The notes: generated by a model not told the origin, from the letters alone. Counted from the stretch's first letter, positions 44,504 to 54,719 are shown. The stretch: DNA of 55,479 nt from Candidatus Methylomirabilia bacterium (GCA_041492755.1 JBGPXN010000007.1:1-55479); one strand, 5' to 3'. Made by a program: numbers and translations.

Positions 44504-45849
44504 TGAACGACACCCCCACCGCGCCCCCGACCTACGCCGACGTCAACCGGGACGTCGGCCTGACGCTGCGGCCGCCCGGCAACCTCTACTTCTCCTGGAT
44601 GTGCGTGGTCGGGCTCATCCTGACGTGTGGAATCCTGGCCTGGACGTACCAGATCTGGGTGGGCATGGGGGCCACCGGCAAGCGCACGCCCGAGATGTGG
44701 GCGATGTACATCACCACGTTCGTGTTCTGGATCGGTATCGGCCACGCCGGCACGCTCATCTCGGCCGTGCTCTACCTGTTCCGGGCGCGCTGGCGTACGT
44801 CGATCTACCGGGCGGCGGAGGCGATGACGATCTTCGCCGTGCTCACCGCCGGCCTCTTCCCCCTCATCCACGCCGGGCGCATGTGGTTCGCCTACTTCCT
44901 GATGCCGTACCCGAACCAGCGTGACCTCTGGCCGAACTTCCGCTCGCCGCTGGTGTGGGACGTGTTCGCGATCTCGACCTACCTCAGCATCAGCACCGTG
45001 TTCTTCATCATCGGTCTCGTTCCCGACGTCGCCTCCCTTCGCGACCAGTCGACGGGCTGGCGGCGCCGCATCTACACGGCGCTGTCGCTGGGGTGGGAGG
45101 GCTCCTACAATCAGTGGCGGCACTACCGCCGCGCCTACGGGCTCTTCGCCGCCCTCGCCACTCCCCTCGTGCTCTCGGTGCACAGCGTGGTGTCCTGGGA
45201 CTTCGCGATGGCCCTCGTCCCCGGCTGGCACTCGACGCTGTTCGCGCCCTTCTTCGTGGACGGGGCCATCTTCTCCGGGTTCTCCATGGTGCTGATTCTG
45301 GTATTGCCCATGCGCCACTTCTTCGGCCTGCACGCCTACGTCCAGCCGAAGCACCTCGACTACATCGCCAAGCTGATCCTGGCCACCGGGCTGGTGCTCA
45401 CCTACTTCTACCTGTGCGAGATCTTCACCTCCTGGTACAGCGGCGACCACTTCGAGCGGGCGTCGCTCTTCTGGAAGGTGACCGAGACCTACGCGTGGGC
45501 GCTCTTCATCATGTACTTCTGCAACTGCGTGGCGCCGCTCGTCTTCTTCTTCAAGCGGGCGCGCACGAACCCGGTCATCCTCTACATCGTGTCCATCCTC
45601 GTCATCATCGGGATGTGGTTCGAGCGCTTCAACATCATCGTCCCGGGGCTCGCCCACGACTTCTACCCGTACACCTGGGGCATCTACGTGCCCACGCTGA
45701 CCGACACCACCGTCGTCATCGGGTCGTTCGCCTGGTTCTTCATCTTGTTCCTGGGGTTCATCAAGCTCATGCCGGCGCTGTCGATCGTGGAGGTGAAGGA
45801 GACTCTTCCGGAGCCGATGAAGGAGGCTGGCCATGGCGGCCACCACTGA
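44503..45849 (+). CDS. actC: Alternative complex III subunit C (NrfD family)
   Basis: FVFWIGIGHAGTLISA, RAAEAMT, PNFRSPLVWD, SVHSVVSWDFA and GMWFERF motifs. Confidence 0.92.
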   Translation: MNDTPTAPPTYADVNRDVGLTLRPPGNLYFSWMCVVGLILTCGILAWTYQIWVGMGATGKRTPEMWAMYITTFVFWIGIGHAGTLISAVLYLFRARWRTSIYRAAEAMTIFAVLTAGLFPLIHAGRMWFAYFLMPYPNQRDLWPNFRSPLVWDVFAISTYLSISTVFFIIGLVPDVASLRDQSTGWRRRIYTALSLGWEGSYNQWRHYRRAYGLFAALATPLVLSVHSVVSWDFAMALVPGWHSTLFAPFFVDGAIFSGFSMVLILVLPMRHFFGLHAYVQPKHLDYIAKLILATGLVLTYFYLCEIFTSWYSGDHFERASLFWKVTETYAWALFIMYFCNCVAPLVFFFKRARTNPVILYIVSILVIIGMWFERFNIIVPGLAHDFYPYTWGIYVPTLTDTTVVIGSFAWFFILFLGFIKLMPALSIVEVKETLPEPMKEAGHGGHH

Positions 45850-46348
45850 GACGGTGCTCGGCGTCTTCGCCCACGTCGACACCACCGTGCGCGCCCTCGA
45901 GGAGTTGCGGGCGAAGGGGTACCACGACCTCAACGTCTACATGCCGGTGCCCGTCCACGCGATCGAGAACGTCATGGAGCGTGACCGCCCGGTGAGCCGG
46001 GTGCGCCTGTTCACCCTCATCGGGGGCCTCACCGGCACCATCTGCGGCTTCGTGATCTCGATCTGGTCGGCGATGAAGTGGGGGCTGGTGACGGGGGGCA
46101 AGCCGATCGCCTCCATCCCGGCCTACGTGGTCATCGCCTTCGAGTTGACCATCCTCTTCGGCGGCTTCGCCACGCTGCTGGGCATGGTGATCCTGGGTCG
46201 GCTGCCGCGCTTCCGGCCGTCGCCGGCGTACGACCCCCGGTTCACCAACGACCGCTTCGGAGTGGCCGTGCGCTGTTCCCCCGATCGGGGAGCCTCCGTG
46301 CGCGAGATCCTCCGGACCGCGGGCGCGGAAGAGGTGCGAGCGGCATGA
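45833..46348 (+). CDS. actD: Alternative complex III subunit D (DUF3341)
   Basis: YMPVPVH, GGKP...IAFELTILF and YDPRFTNDRF motifs. Confidence 0.88.
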   Translation: MAATTETVLGVFAHVDTTVRALEELRAKGYHDLNVYMPVPVHAIENVMERDRPVSRVRLFTLIGGLTGTICGFVISIWSAMKWGLVTGGKPIASIPAYVVIAFELTILFGGFATLLGMVILGRLPRFRPSPAYDPRFTNDRFGVAVRCSPDRGASVREILRTAGAEEVRAA

Positions 46349-46854
46349 TGAAGTACGTCTTCATGCTCGTGCTGCTGATCGTGGCATTGGCCGGGCTGCT
46401 CATGGTGAGCGCGATGGTCGTGCGCTGGAACGACAACATGACGCAGACCGCGCGCATCGTGCCCGGCGAGCGGGTGTTCGCGATGCCGGTGGGCGCGATC
46501 GCGCGGGGCGCCGAGAGCGTCATTCCGAAGGAGCAGCGCGAGCGCGCGACCAAGCGACCGAATCCCGTGAAGCTCTCGGCGGAGTCCGTCGAGCTCGGCA
46601 AGCAGCACTATCAGACCTTCTGCACGCCCTGCCACGGGCCCGAGGCCAAGGGCGGTGTGACCGGGCCGGTGGCGACGAAGTTCATCCCGACGCCCGATCT
46701 CACCAACGCCGAGCTGCAGAAGGTGCGGACGGACGGCTACTGGCACCACTACATCATGGCCGGCGGCGCCGTCATGCCCGCCTACGCGGAGGCCCTTTCC
46801 TCCCAGGAGGCCTGGCACATCGTGAACTTCCTGCGCAGCGTCGCCGCCAAATGA
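46345..46854 (+). CDS. actE: Monoheme cytochrome c, alternative complex III subunit E
   Basis: CTPCHG, VMPAY and WHIVNFLR; position in operon. Confidence 0.85.
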   Translation: MMKYVFMLVLLIVALAGLLMVSAMVVRWNDNMTQTARIVPGERVFAMPVGAIARGAESVIPKEQRERATKRPNPVKLSAESVELGKQHYQTFCTPCHGPEAKGGVTGPVATKFIPTPDLTNAELQKVRTDGYWHHYIMAGGAVMPAYAEALSSQEAWHIVNFLRSVAAK

Positions 46855-47972
46855 CCGCCGTCTGGGGGGTGCTGGTCCTGCTGGGCGCCGTCGCCTTCAT
46901 CATTGGCCTGAAGGCCGCGGACGCGTCTCGGGTCTGGTCGACGTACCTGGTGAACCTCGTGTTCTGGTCGGGGCTGGCCGTGACCGGGCCGGCCATCGCG
47001 GCCATGATGCAGCTCACGGAGGCGCGCTGGTCGCCCAGTGTGCGGCGGATCGCGCTCACGACGGCCGGGTTCCTGCCCGTATCCTTCGTCCTGTTGCTCG
47101 TGCTGATCGCGGGCCAGGCGGCGCTGTACCCGTGGGTCACCCCTCCGCTCCCGGAACTCGTCGCCAGGAAGGTGGCGTGGCTGAATCCGCCGTTCTTCTG
47201 GGCGCGGACGCTGGGGCTCGCCGGTGCCCTGTTCCTCGTGTGCTTCGCCTTCGTCCGCGCGTTGCTGCGTGACCCGGTGCCCGGGCAGGGCGAGCAGGAC
47301 CGCGGCCGCCGCAACCGGCTGGCCCTGATCCTCATCATGCTCTGGCTGATCACGCTGTCGCTGTGGGGCTTCGACCTGGTGATGTCGCTTGATCCGCTCT
47401 GGTACAGCGGGCTCTTCGGCGGCTACTTCGCGGTGAGCACGCTGTACACGGGGTTTGCGCTCCTCTCCATCCTGACCATCCGCGCCAATCAGCGGGGGCT
47501 GGCCACGGTGCCGCCCGCCGCGGTCCAGGACGTCGCCAAGCTGCAGTTCGCGATGTCGGTCATGTGGATGTACTTCTTCTGGTCGCAGTACCTCGTGATC
47601 TGGTACGGCAACGTCCCCGTCGAAACGCGCTACGTCGCCCAGCGCTTCTTCTCCAAGCCGTGGGGCACGCTGGCGTGGGTGGTGTTCGCGGTGGGCTGGC
47701 TCATCCCGTTCGCGTATCTGCTCAAGCGCCTCACCGGGCGGCCGCCCCAACGGCACACTCCGCTGTTCGTGGTGGCGATCTTCGGGCTGGTGGCGATCTT
47801 CCTCGAGCGCATCCTCGAGGTCTTCCCGTCGGTCGCGCCCACGGGCGGCATGCCCTTCTCGCTGCGCGACATCCTCATCACCGCGGGCTTCCTCGCGCTG
47901 TTCGTCCTGAGCCGGCGGTGGTTCTTCACGCACTTCAAGCCAATCCTGAATCTTCCGCACCCGGGACATTGA
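46851..47972 (+). CDS. actF: Alternative complex III subunit F
   Basis: Polytopic; ARWS, DLVMSLDPLWYSGLFG and WSQYLVIWYGNVPVE motifs. Confidence 0.88.
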   Translation: MTAVWGVLVLLGAVAFIIGLKAADASRVWSTYLVNLVFWSGLAVTGPAIAAMMQLTEARWSPSVRRIALTTAGFLPVSFVLLLVLIAGQAALYPWVTPPLPELVARKVAWLNPPFFWARTLGLAGALFLVCFAFVRALLRDPVPGQGEQDRGRRNRLALILIMLWLITLSLWGFDLVMSLDPLWYSGLFGGYFAVSTLYTGFALLSILTIRANQRGLATVPPAAVQDVAKLQFAMSVMWMYFFWSQYLVIWYGNVPVETRYVAQRFFSKPWGTLAWVVFAVGWLIPFAYLLKRLTGRPPQRHTPLFVVAIFGLVAIFLERILEVFPSVAPTGGMPFSLRDILITAGFLALFVLSRRWFFTHFKPILNLPHPGH

Positions 47973-47973
47973 C

Positions 47974-48006
47974 TCGGAAGGGAGGCCTCGACGGCCCCCC
48001 TTCCGA
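47974..48006. repeat. Family-2 hairpin repeat / possible terminator after actF
   Basis: TCGGAAGGGAGGCC-TCGAC-GGCCCCCCTTCCGA. Confidence 0.65.
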
Positions 48007-48242
48007 CGCTCCGCGGGCCTGGCGGCCCGCTTCGCTGTCTCCCGCCCGGAACGGACGGATTGCGCCGGCGGAGCCGGCGCTCGGTCGTCGAAACGATTTC
48101 ACTGGCGCGGACGCCGCTCCGGACGACATGACGTGCTCGATGTCCGGGCCCGACCCGAGCAATTCGTGAATTGGCGCCCTCCGAACGCGGCCGCATCGAA
48201 CACGGGGCGCGCGGCGAGGGGAGAGTCTGCTAGAGTGGCGGC

Positions 48243-49445
48243 GTGCTGACGGTTGAGGAGGCGCTCGAGCAGATTCTCGCGCGCGCGAGCGTTCTGCCGG
48301 CGGAGCACGTCGACGTGATTTCTGCCCTCGGGCGCGTGCTCGCGGAGCAGATCGTGTCCCGGCGCGAGATTCCGCCGTGGCCCAACTCGGCGATGGACGG
48401 GTATGCGCTGCGCGCCGGCGATACGCGCACCGGCGGTGTCACGCTCAGCGTCGTCGGTGAAGTGGCGGCCGGCATGCTGCCCGAGAAGACGGTGCGGGCG
48501 GGGGAGGCGATGCGCATCTTCACGGGCGCGCCGCTGCCGCCGGGAACCGACGCCGTCGTTCCGCAGGAAGACGTCCAGACCGAGAACGCTCACGTGCGGG
48601 TGCCGGGCGCGGTAGCGCTGGGCGCGTACGTGCGGTCGCGCGGCGAGGACGTGCGCGTGGGCGACGTCGTTCTCGAACCCGGGCGGCGAATCGGCCCGCC
48701 GGAGATTGGACTCCTGGCGACCCTCGGCCACGCCCAGGTGCGCGTCTATCGGCGGCCACGCGTTGCCATCCTTTCGACGGGTACGGAGATTGCCGATCTC
48801 GGCACCGAGCCGGGACCGGGCCAGATCCCGAACACCAACACCTACTCGCTGGTCGCTCAGGTGATGGACGCGGGCGCCACCGCGGTCAGTCTGGGGGTGG
48901 CGCCGGACCGTCTGGACGCCATCGAGACGCGTCTGGCCGACGGCCTGACCGCGGACGTGCTGATCTCGTCCGCCGGCGTGTCGGTCGGAGATCACGACCT
49001 CGTCCGCACCGCGCTCGGGCGCAGCGGCGCCGAGCTGCATTTGTGGCGGGTGTCGATGCGCCCGGGGAAGCCGATCACGTTCGGCTCCCTGGGGCGGCGA
49101 CTGGTCTTCGGCCTGCCCGGCAACCCGGTGTCCGCGATGGTGACGTTCGAGGTGTTCGTACGCCCCGCGCTCAGGAAGATGATGGGTCACCGGGTGCTCG
49201 ATCGGCCGCGGCTTCGCGCGCGCGCGCTCGCTCCGATCGCCAATCGCGACCAGCGCCGCGGCTACCTGAGGGTCGCGCTCTCGCGGGCCGGTGACGGCTT
49301 TGGCGCGCGGCTCACGGGCGAGCAGGGCTCCGCCATCGTCCGTTCCATGGTCGCGGCCGACGGGCTTGCCGTCGTTCCAGGCGAGACGACGATCGAGATT
49401 GGAGATCCGGTAGAAATCATTCTTTTACGAGCACTTGACTCCTAA
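48243..49445 (+). CDS. moeA: Molybdopterin molybdotransferase
   Basis: NSAMDGYA, RIFTGAPLP, ILSTGTE, GVSVGDHD, MRPGKP and GLPGNPVS motifs. Confidence 0.95.
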   Translation: MLTVEEALEQILARASVLPAEHVDVISALGRVLAEQIVSRREIPPWPNSAMDGYALRAGDTRTGGVTLSVVGEVAAGMLPEKTVRAGEAMRIFTGAPLPPGTDAVVPQEDVQTENAHVRVPGAVALGAYVRSRGEDVRVGDVVLEPGRRIGPPEIGLLATLGHAQVRVYRRPRVAILSTGTEIADLGTEPGPGQIPNTNTYSLVAQVMDAGATAVSLGVAPDRLDAIETRLADGLTADVLISSAGVSVGDHDLVRTALGRSGAELHLWRVSMRPGKPITFGSLGRRLVFGLPGNPVSAMVTFEVFVRPALRKMMGHRVLDRPRLRARALAPIANRDQRRGYLRVALSRAGDGFGARLTGEQGSAIVRSMVAADGLAVVPGETTIEIGDPVEIILLRALDS

Positions 49446-50214
49446 GACTTTCGGAATATCTCCAGCACGTTTCGGTCTCGTCCTCATCCTCCTCGCCGGT
49501 CTCGGCGCCGGCTGCGCGACCCGGGCCAGCGTGCGCCAGCTCCAGAAGGACGTCGCGAGCCTCCACGCCGACATCACGGCCATCCGGACCGCTCAGGAGG
49601 CGGCTGCGCGCGACGGCGGGCAGGTCGCCTCCCGGCTCCAGACGCTGGACGCACGATTGGCTCAGCTCGGCGGGGCGCTCAACGCCACCGCGGGCGGCGC
49701 GACGGATCTCGCCACGCGACTGGCCGCGGCCGAGCGGGCGATCCAGGCACTACAGTCGGCCGTCGACACTCGCCTCAACGCTCCGCCGCCCGCACCGCCG
49801 CCGCCGCCCGCACCGCCGCCACCGCCACGGGCCGGCAGTCCCGAGGCGCACTACGCCGCGGCGCTGGCGACCTTCCGGGCGCGCGAGCACGGTCAGGCCA
49901 TCCTCGAGTTCCTCGATTTCCTGGCGCGCTATCCGAAGCACGCCCTCGCGCCGAACGCGCAGTACTGGATCGGGGAGGCGTACTACGCCGAGCGTGACTG
50001 GCGGCAGGCGCTCGCCGAGTTCGAGAAGGTCATCGATCAGTCGCCGGCGAGCGTGAAGACGCCGGACGCGCTGCTCAAGGTCGGTCTCTGCTACGTGAAC
50101 CTCAGGGAAGCCGCCCGCGCCCGCCAGATCTGGCAGCTGCTCGTACGCGAGTATCCCGACTCGGAGGCTGCCGGTCGCGCGCGCGGCCTGCTCGTTCCTC
50201 CGAAGCGTAAATAG
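49435..50214 (+). CDS. Tol-Pal associated CpoB/YbgF-like TPR lipoprotein
   Basis: LGAGC lipobox, coiled coil, Pro linker, APNAQYWIGEAYY and PDALLKVG. Confidence 0.85.
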   Translation: MTPKTFGISPARFGLVLILLAGLGAGCATRASVRQLQKDVASLHADITAIRTAQEAAARDGGQVASRLQTLDARLAQLGGALNATAGGATDLATRLAAAERAIQALQSAVDTRLNAPPPAPPPPPAPPPPPRAGSPEAHYAAALATFRAREHGQAILEFLDFLARYPKHALAPNAQYWIGEAYYAERDWRQALAEFEKVIDQSPASVKTPDALLKVGLCYVNLREAARARQIWQLLVREYPDSEAAGRARGLLVPPKRK

Positions 50215-50316
50215 GCTCGAACCAGTCTGGCGGCCGGTTCAGCAGGCCGTATGCTCCGTGCGGCGAGGTCGGTCAGCGGAGGCGCGGTCTCACGACCTCA
50301 GATCGCGCGTCACGTG

Positions 50317-51063
50317 TCACACGAATGCTTCGCCGCCGGGATCTGTAGCCGGCGCCCCGGTGATCACGACGAGCCCGACGGCCGCCAGCGCACGGATCAC
50401 CAGCCACGACGGATCGAACTCGAACCGCCGCATGCTGAACTTCGGCGACCGCGGGTGTGCGTGGTGGTTGTTGTGCAGACTCTCGCCGGCCGTCACCCAG
50501 GCGAGCACCGGTGCGTTGTACGCCGTGTTCCCGAAGTTCTGGGCTCCCCGCCAGTGACCGAGCCCGTTGATGAGCGGCGCGAGGAGGAAGGCGTAGAGAA
50601 CGGTGTGGGCCAGGGCGGCGATGAGGCCGGGCCAGATGCCGACGATGAGGCACAGGAGCGTCGTGCCCAGTACGAGACCGGCCGCCCCGTACGAGAAGAC
50701 GGCACGCTCCAGGCGGTCTTCCGGGATGTCTGCGGCGAAGCGCCGGAGCGTCTCGGGATTTCGGGCTTCGCGCATATAGTAGTAGACGTTCAGGAACTGG
50801 ATGTGCCAGATGCCGCGCAGCCGGGGGCTGTGGGGATCGCCCTCCCGATCGGTGAACGCGTGGTGCTTCCGGTGGACGGCCACCCACTCCCGGCGGTTCT
50901 GTCCCGTCGTCAGCCAGAGCACCGCCCGAAAGAACACATCCGCGACCGGATGGACCCTCAGCGACCGATGGGCCAGGGCCCGGTGCAGATACACCGACGT
51001 CGCGAGGACGGCGGCCTGCGTGAGGGCAATCGCCACGAGCGGGGCGATCCAGAGCGGTGTCAA
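50317..51063 (-). CDS. Membrane fatty acid desaturase (delta-9-like)
   Basis: His boxes HRALAH, HRKHH and HNNHH; DPHSP; GESLHNNHH; TTG start with AGGAG RBS. Confidence 0.9.
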   Translation of the reverse strand: MTPLWIAPLVAIALTQAAVLATSVYLHRALAHRSLRVHPVADVFFRAVLWLTTGQNRREWVAVHRKHHAFTDREGDPHSPRLRGIWHIQFLNVYYYMREARNPETLRRFAADIPEDRLERAVFSYGAAGLVLGTTLLCLIVGIWPGLIAALAHTVLYAFLLAPLINGLGHWRGAQNFGNTAYNAPVLAWVTAGESLHNNHHAHPRSPKFSMRRFEFDPSWLVIRALAAVGLVVITGAPATDPGGEAFV

Positions 51064-51198
51064 TACGATCTCCTGATTCGGCTCGAGGCGCCGACTCGAG
51101 TCACAACGAAGTTCCTTGCGGCAGGAGCCTGGTTTGGTGGCCGGCACCTCGACCCGCCGATCGCAATCTGCGGGTTGTCGTTCATCCGCTCCCGCCGA

Positions 51199-51831
51199 TC
51201 AGCGTCCCGCGTTCCTGGCCCGCACGTCTTCGAGCCTGTCGTCGACGACGTCCCAGGCAATGACGTTCCACCAGGCGTGGAGATAGTCCGTTCGCCGGTT
51301 CCTGTGCTTCAGGTAGTAGGCATGTTCCCAGACGTCACAGCACAGGAGTCCGGGCTTGCCCTGCACGAGCACGCTGTCCTGGTCGCGCAACGACAGGATC
51401 TCGAGTCGTTGCGTCGAAGGGTTGACGATGAGCACGGTCCATCCCGAGCCGAATTGTTTCATCGCCGCGTCGACGAAGAGCGACTGAAACCGCTCGAAGG
51501 AGCCGAAGTCCTTGGTGATGCTGTCGCCGATCTCGCCCTTCGGAGAGCCGCCGGCGTTCGGCCCGAGGCTGTCCCAGAAGAACTGGTGATTGGCGTGGCC
51601 GCCCCCATAATTCTGGACCGCACTTCTGATCTCCGCGGGGACCTGATCGAGGCGACGGAGGAGGTTTTCCACCGTGAGATCGGCGAGCTGCGGATACGGC
51701 GCCAGCGTCTTGTTGAGGCCGTCGACGTACGTCTGATGATGCCCGTCGTGATGGAGTTCCATCGTCTCGGCGTCGATGTGGGGCTCGAGTGCATCGTAGG
51801 CGAACGGTAACGGCGGAAGTTTATAGGACAT
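51199..51831 (-). CDS. sodA: Fe/Mn superoxide dismutase (Mn-like signature)
   Basis: LPFAYDALEPHI, HHDGHH, GGGHANH, FGSGW and DVWEHAYYL motifs. Confidence 0.92.
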   Translation of the reverse strand: MSYKLPPLPFAYDALEPHIDAETMELHHDGHHQTYVDGLNKTLAPYPQLADLTVENLLRRLDQVPAEIRSAVQNYGGGHANHQFFWDSLGPNAGGSPKGEIGDSITKDFGSFERFQSLFVDAAMKQFGSGWTVLIVNPSTQRLEILSLRDQDSVLVQGKPGLLCCDVWEHAYYLKHRNRRTDYLHAWWNVIAWDVVDDRLEDVRARNAGR

Positions 51832-51836
51832 GCCCA

Positions 51837-51881
51837 AGTGTAGTCGACGTCGTCCGTCCGGGCTATTGGACCTTGGTCCAA
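51837..51881 (-). promoter_or_regulatory. Palindromic box + -10 promoter (copy 1, sod)
   Basis: TTGGACCAAGGTCCAA...GTCGAC-TACACT-5 nt-ATG on the minus strand. Confidence 0.75.
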
Positions 51882-52505
51882 CGAGGCTTGCCCTCGCTTG
51901 CGAGGGGCGATCGGCACCTGGTATGCGGCTCATCGTGACTCCTCAGTGATCAGCGTGTGGGGCGGGGACATGTCGCGCTCGGCCTCGAGCGCGGCATACC
52001 GTCGCAGGTAGCGGTCGATCCGTTCCTCGATCTCGCGAGGAAACTGCGGCACCGGGCCGACGAGGTGCTGCTGATACACGGGCCCCGCCACCGGGAGCAG
52101 GAACAGGCAGCATCAGGGGCGGGAACGCGAGGCGCATGGCCCGGCGCAGAAGCGCCGCAACCCGGGTGCCACCGTGGCGGCGGCCCCTGACGCGGGCTGC
52201 TTCGAGAGAAAACGTCTGACGCCCAACGGCTCCGCTCGGTGAGCGTGGATCCTGGTCGACCGCGCTCGATGGAATTCTCCGCGTGCGAGCGAGAGGCTGG
52301 CGCGTCGTGGGTGTCCGAGGTTGCCCCACTCCACGCCGCTGAGCGTCAGTACGGTGAGATTGGCCGGGCGCATCGCATGGTTCTGCCCTCTCCGCCCACT
52401 CGACGGCGAGCGCGAACGTCTCCATCGCCGTGGTGTCCTCGGCAATCCTGCCTTTGCCGACCTTCCGGGCGCCTGCCTCGACACGGCCCGTAGCACCGTT
52501 CACCT

Positions 52506-52718
52506 TCAACTCGTCCGCCTCAGGCAACGCTGAACTCGCACAGGCGCGCGACCGCAAACGCCTGGGGTGTGGGACGGGAGGCAGGTCGTCGTGGCGGGAG
52601 CGTGCACTCTCCGCTCGACCCAGTTCGCCACGACGCGGCCCGTGACGAGCGCGGTGGCGATCGCGACCGTCATCCGGGTTCCGTCATCCTTCCAGTGACT
52701 CCAGCCCTTGTCCGCCAT
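52506..52718 (-). CDS. Small hypothetical protein, possibly degraded
   Basis: GGAGAG RBS + ATG downstream of promoter copy 2; no recognisable motif. Confidence 0.35.
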   Translation of the reverse strand: MADKGWSHWKDDGTRMTVAIATALVTGRVVANWVERRVHAPATTTCLPSHTPGVCGRAPVRVQRCLRRTS

Positions 52719-52763
52719 GTCGGCTCTCCCCCCCGGGCAAGGAACACCCCTTGATTCGCGGTG

Positions 52764-52808
52764 ACTCTAGTCGACACCGTCCGGCGCGCCTATTGGACCT
52801 TGGTCGAA
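52764..52808 (-). promoter_or_regulatory. Palindromic box + -10 promoter (copy 2)
   Basis: TTCGACCAAGGTCCAA...GTCGAC-TAGAGT; an extra box at 52868-52883. Confidence 0.7.
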
Positions 52809-52969
52809 TGCCGACGGAGGGGTGGTCTGCTGCATCGGTCCTTTGTCACACGCGCCCAGCGCGCCTACTGGACCTTCGTCCAAGCCTGCGCGAGCGGTGT
52901 CAGCAGATCGAAGGCGGCTTACCAAAGCCGGGATCTGCACCCGAACGGCGCGAGCCACCGCGGCGGTGA

Positions 52970-53221
52970 CTACGCCCGGCTCGGCAGGATGACCCGGATC
53001 AGCCAGAGCAGGACGATCGCCCCGACGACGGCCGTGACGAGGCTCATGAAGAGACCACCCCCGGCAACGCCAAGAAGCGTGCCGAAGATCCAGCCTCCCA
53101 AGAACGCGCCGACGACCCCGACGACGATGTCCCCGAGCACGCCGTAGCCATGGCCGCTCACGACCCGTCCGGCCAGCGCTCCGGCGATCAATCCGATGAG
53201 GATGAACAGAAGAAAGTGCAT
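52970..53221 (-). CDS. GlsB/YeaQ/YmgE (transglycosylase-associated) stress membrane protein
   Basis: IGLIAGALA...GDIVVGVVGAFLGG...AVVGAIVLL pattern. Confidence 0.9.
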   Translation of the reverse strand: MHFLLFILIGLIAGALAGRVVSGHGYGVLGDIVVGVVGAFLGGWIFGTLLGVAGGGLFMSLVTAVVGAIVLLWLIRVILPSRA

Positions 53222-53272
53222 GGGTTTCTCCCGTGCGGACGGTCGGCCACATTTAGGCTTCGTCGCACCGTG

Positions 53273-53317
53273 AATTTAGTCGATGTCCTCCGCCCTGCCT
53301 ATTGGACCTTGGTCCAC
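53273..53317 (-). promoter_or_regulatory. Palindromic box + -10 promoter (copy 3)
   Basis: GTGGACCAAGGTCCAA...ATCGAC-TAAATT. Confidence 0.7.
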
Positions 53318-53582
53318 GCCGAGCGGACAAAGCTTCGGCCCACGGTTTCTCGCCGCTCGCCTACTCGCGCGCCAAGGCCGCGGGGATCTGGCAGTTCATC
53401 GCTGAGACGGGTGCCGGTACGGTCTCGGGGTGCCGAGCTACGTGGATCAGCGACACGATGCGCTGACGGCCACGCTCGCAGCGCTGGATTACCTGGAAAA
53501 GCTTGGCCCCGGCCCGGGCGGCTGGAGGCGCGACACTGACAGCGCAGTAAACGCGATCCCACGCTCACGGCACGGGTGCCGA

Positions 53583-53627
53583 ATAGACCAAGGTTTAATA
53601 GGCAGGCCAGTCGACGTCGACTAACGT
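53583..53627 (+). promoter_or_regulatory. Palindromic box + -10 promoter (copy 4, plus strand)
   Basis: ATAGACCAAGGTTTAA-TAGGC...GTCGAC-TAACGT. Confidence 0.6.
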
Positions 53628-53830
53628 CCAGGAAGTGACGAAACAAGTCCGTTCGTTCAACGCCACGAGCCTTCGCATGAACGGGCGAATCCGGTCGGTC
53701 ATTGTCGCTTGTGGAACGGTCCGCCCGGTCGATCGCGATGACAGCAATCGACCCTGGCAGAAAGAGGAATCTCGATGAAACGACTCGAGCTGGTCATACG
53801 AATCTCTTCTCGAAGTGACGTACACGTCGG

Positions 53831-54475
53831 TCAGCGCACTGCCTTCCCGGACGGGGACGCCGAGGGCGTCGAGAATTCGGCCTGATTCGCCCTGAGCTTC
53901 GCCACGAGGGCGTCGTACGAGGACGTCCGGACGACCTTGTTGAACTGAGCCCGGTAGTTCGCCACGAGGCTGATCCCGTCGATGCTGATGTCGTACACCT
54001 GCCAGCGGTTGTCCGTGTTGTGCATCCGGTAGTCGAGCGGCATCTCGCGGCCCTGGCCGAGGGGGAGCATTGTCCGCACGGTGGCGCGGTCGCCGTCGAT
54101 GGTCTCGCCCCGGACGATCATCTTCTCGGAACTGTGCTGGTCGACCTTGGAAATGTACGAGCGCTGGATCAGGTCGGTGTAGAGGAGAACGAACTCTCCG
54201 CGCTCGGCCGGCGTTCGCTCCTGCCAGTGCTGGCCGAGCGATCGCTTCGCCATCTCGCCGAAGTCGAACAGCTCGTCGGCGACCCTGACGATGGCGGTCT
54301 TGCGCTGGCCGGCGTGCTCTTTGCCCTCCAGCCGCGGGTCTTTGAGGATTCTGAACACCCGGTCGACGCCATTGGTCAGCTGATCGGTGGGCGGGCCCGC
54401 CTCAGCGCCGGGAGCCGAGCAGAGCGCCAGCAGCAGAATCAAGATCGAGACGACGCGCGTCGGGTGCCTGACCAT
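53831..54475 (-). CDS. mlaC: MlaC/Ttg2D-family periplasmic phospholipid-binding protein
   Basis: FDFGEMAKRSLGQHW and WQVYDISIDGISLVANYRAQF motifs; signal peptide. Confidence 0.88.
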   Translation of the reverse strand: MVRHPTRVVSILILLLALCSAPGAEAGPPTDQLTNGVDRVFRILKDPRLEGKEHAGQRKTAIVRVADELFDFGEMAKRSLGQHWQERTPAERGEFVLLYTDLIQRSYISKVDQHSSEKMIVRGETIDGDRATVRTMLPLGQGREMPLDYRMHNTDNRWQVYDISIDGISLVANYRAQFNKVVRTSSYDALVAKLRANQAEFSTPSASPSGKAVR

Positions 54476-54719
54476 GGGTCCCTCCTGAGACTCTCTCACG
54501 AAGACTCTAGAGAAAGGCGTCGGCGGCGTCGAGCCGCACGACTTGCGGCTGCGAGGTCCAATACCGACGAACTGGAATGGGGAGCCGAGCCATGGCTGCC
54601 GAAGGCGATTCGCTGCCGCGGGTGGCGCTACGCGTCACTCCGGCCAACACAGCGGGGTAGTTGGGCGAGACCATGATGGACGACCGTTGATAGGTGGCCA
54701 GACGTGTCCGTCCAACCTG

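Noticed and set aside
50251..51810. 519-aa plus-strand ORF
   Set aside because: Antisense shadow of the desaturase and SOD genes.
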